Below, piece after piece: positions 62,728 through 64,000 of a stretch of 64,000 nucleotides of DNA. The stretch lies in the NCBI GenBank assembly GCA_963662245.2, contig CAXXVQ010000010.1:4613-68612 (forward strand), given 5' to 3'. Source of the stretch: Paludibacteraceae bacterium. GTDB taxonomy: Bacteria; Bacteroidota; Bacteroidia; Bacteroidales; Paludibacteraceae. The notes beneath the pieces are model-generated. The model saw only the letters and a program-made list of their open reading frames with translations. It searched no databases and was not told where the DNA came from. Position numbers and translations under genes: made by a program. Numbering within the stretch: the stretch's first letter is position 1; each line of letters starts with the position of its first letter.

Positions 62728-64000
62728 CTAATGTTTTGTGCTACTAGCAAGAGCTTGCTTAACATCTTCAATTATATCATCAATATTCTCTAAACCAACA
62801 GAAAATCGAATTAAATCAGGAGCTACACCAGCCTGAATAAGCTGCTCATCAGATAACTGTCTGTGAGTATGACTAGCCGGATGCAAAACAGAAGTACGAG
62901 CGTCAGCCACATGAGTTACTATGGCTGCTAGTTCCAAACTATCCATAAAACTTACAGAGGCATTTCGTCCACCCTTCAGCCCAAAAGTAAGAACTCCACA
63001 AGAACCATTAGGCAGGTACTTTTGAGATAATTCATAATACTTATCACCCTCTAAATTGGGGTAATTCACCCAAGCAATGCGTTCATCTTGCTGTAAGAAT
63101 TCAGCAAGCTTTTGTGCATTTTGGCAATGACGAGGCATACGCAGATGCAAAGTTTCAAGCCCAAGATTAATTAAAAAAGCATTGTTAGGAGATTGCGTTG
63201 AGCCTAAATCACGCATTAACTGAACTATTGCTTTGGTTAAATATGCTACTTTACCAAAACTTTGGCTGTAAATAAGTCCGTGGTAGGAAGCATCCGGTTC
63301 TGTTAAACCTGGGAACTTTTCTTTATATGCCTCCCAATCAAAATTACCACTATCCACAATAACACCACCTACAGAGCTAGCATGACCATCGATATACTTA
63401 GTTGTAGAGTGAATCACAATATCAGCTCCCCATTCGATAGGACGACAATTTATAGGTGTAGCAAAAGTATTATCTACAATTAATGGGACTCCTTTGCTAT
63501 GAGCTATACGAGCCATTTTTTCAATATCCATAATTGACAATTGCGGATTAGCAATTGTTTCACCAAACACAGCTTTTGTATTAGGCTTGAAAGCAGTTAA
63601 AATTTCTTCCTCAGATGCATCTTGATTTACAAATGAAACTTCTATGCCCAGTTTCTTTAATGTTACGGCAAACAAATTATAAGTGCCCCCATAAATAGCA
63701 GAACTACTTATAAAATGATCACCTGAACTACAAATATTGAAAATAGAATAAAATGAAGCTGCTTGACCCGATGAAGTAAGCATTGCTGCAACTCCACCTT
63801 CAAGTTGAGCTATTTTATCAGCAACTGCATCGTTGGTGGGATTTTGCAGACGGGTGTAAAAATAACCACTCTCTTCTAAATCGAAAAGCTTGCCCATTTG
63901 CTCACTAGTTTCATATTTAAAAGTAGTACTTTGATATATTGGTAAAACTCTTGGTTCACCTTTTTTAGGATGCCAACCTGTTTGAATACATTTTGTTTCT
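62728..64000 (-). CDS. O-acetylhomoserine/O-acetylserine sulfhydrylase-type PLP enzyme; N-terminus outside window
   Basis: The frame stays open upstream of the track's ATG to nt 64000 (...GWHPKKGEPRVLPIYQSTTFKYETSEQMGKLF...). The HSTTKYIDGH Lys-PLP block is present. Confidence 0.8.
   Translation of the reverse strand, partial: ETKCIQTGWHPKKGEPRVLPIYQSTTFKYETSEQMGKLFDLEESGYFYTRLQNPTNDAVADKIAQLEGGVAAMLTSSGQAASFYSIFNICSSGDHFISSSAIYGGTYNLFAVTLKKLGIEVSFVNQDASEEEILTAFKPNTKAVFGETIANPQLSIMDIEKMARIAHSKGVPLIVDNTFATPINCRPIEWGADIVIHSTTKYIDGHASSVGGVIVDSGNFDWEAYKEKFPGLTEPDASYHGLIYSQSFGKVAYLTKAIVQLMRDLGSTQSPNNAFLINLGLETLHLRMPRHCQNAQKLAEFLQQDERIAWVNYPNLEGDKYYELSQKYLPNGSCGVLTFGLKGGRNASVSFMDSLELAAIVTHVADARTSVLHPASHTHRQLSDEQLIQAGVAPDLIRFSVGLENIDDIIEDVKQALASSTKH

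Overview
This is a low-GC, Bacteroidota-type chromosome segment, judged from T9SS C-terminal sorting domains, A-rich leaders and no obvious Shine-Dalgarno sites. All calls rest on motif recognition by eye, ORF context and hand-folded repeats; no searches were run.

Left host flank (1-12.9 kb): two T9SS cargo proteins, a minimal K+ channel, an AraC regulator, a GNAT, a GAF-AAA-HTH sigma-54 activator (NifA-like), a TsaA-like/Mop/ModE-N operon, and porin-modABC.

Prophage (about 12.95-46.7 kb): the region is visibly more GC-rich and is a Mu-like transposable prophage.
- Replication and regulation: a divergent repressor, Ner-like protein, MuA-like DDE transposase, MuB-like ATPase, DUF3164 and DUF4494. 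No integrase is present.
- Structural genes lie in two divergent arms. The minus arm carries TerS, TerL, a gp36-like protein, a portal-MuF fusion, the tape measure and a gpG-like protein. The plus arm carries protease/scaffold, capsid, sheath/tube, a -1 frameshift chaperone, baseplate, an embedded lysis cassette, fibers and a Dam-like methylase.

Right host flank (46.8-64 kb): an OMP, a DHFR-family protein, peroxiredoxin, TPM/TPM/LemA, a nifN-like/nifB/2Fe-2S ferredoxin/nifV operon, four tandem paralogous small genes, an acyl-CoA carboxylase operon and a partial O-acetylhomoserine sulfhydrylase gene.

Most unusual signals:
- Three tRNA-like elements sit inside the phage early operon: one of 93 nt with an encoded CCA, and two acceptor/T-arm minihelices placed directly after stop codons.
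- The tape-measure gene is displaced away from its frameshift chaperone.
- Several families of short structured intergenic repeats occur: a terminator module in four copies, phased CTAAT spacers, and palindromic TGGCRAAT sites.

Prophage ends could not be fixed to the base.
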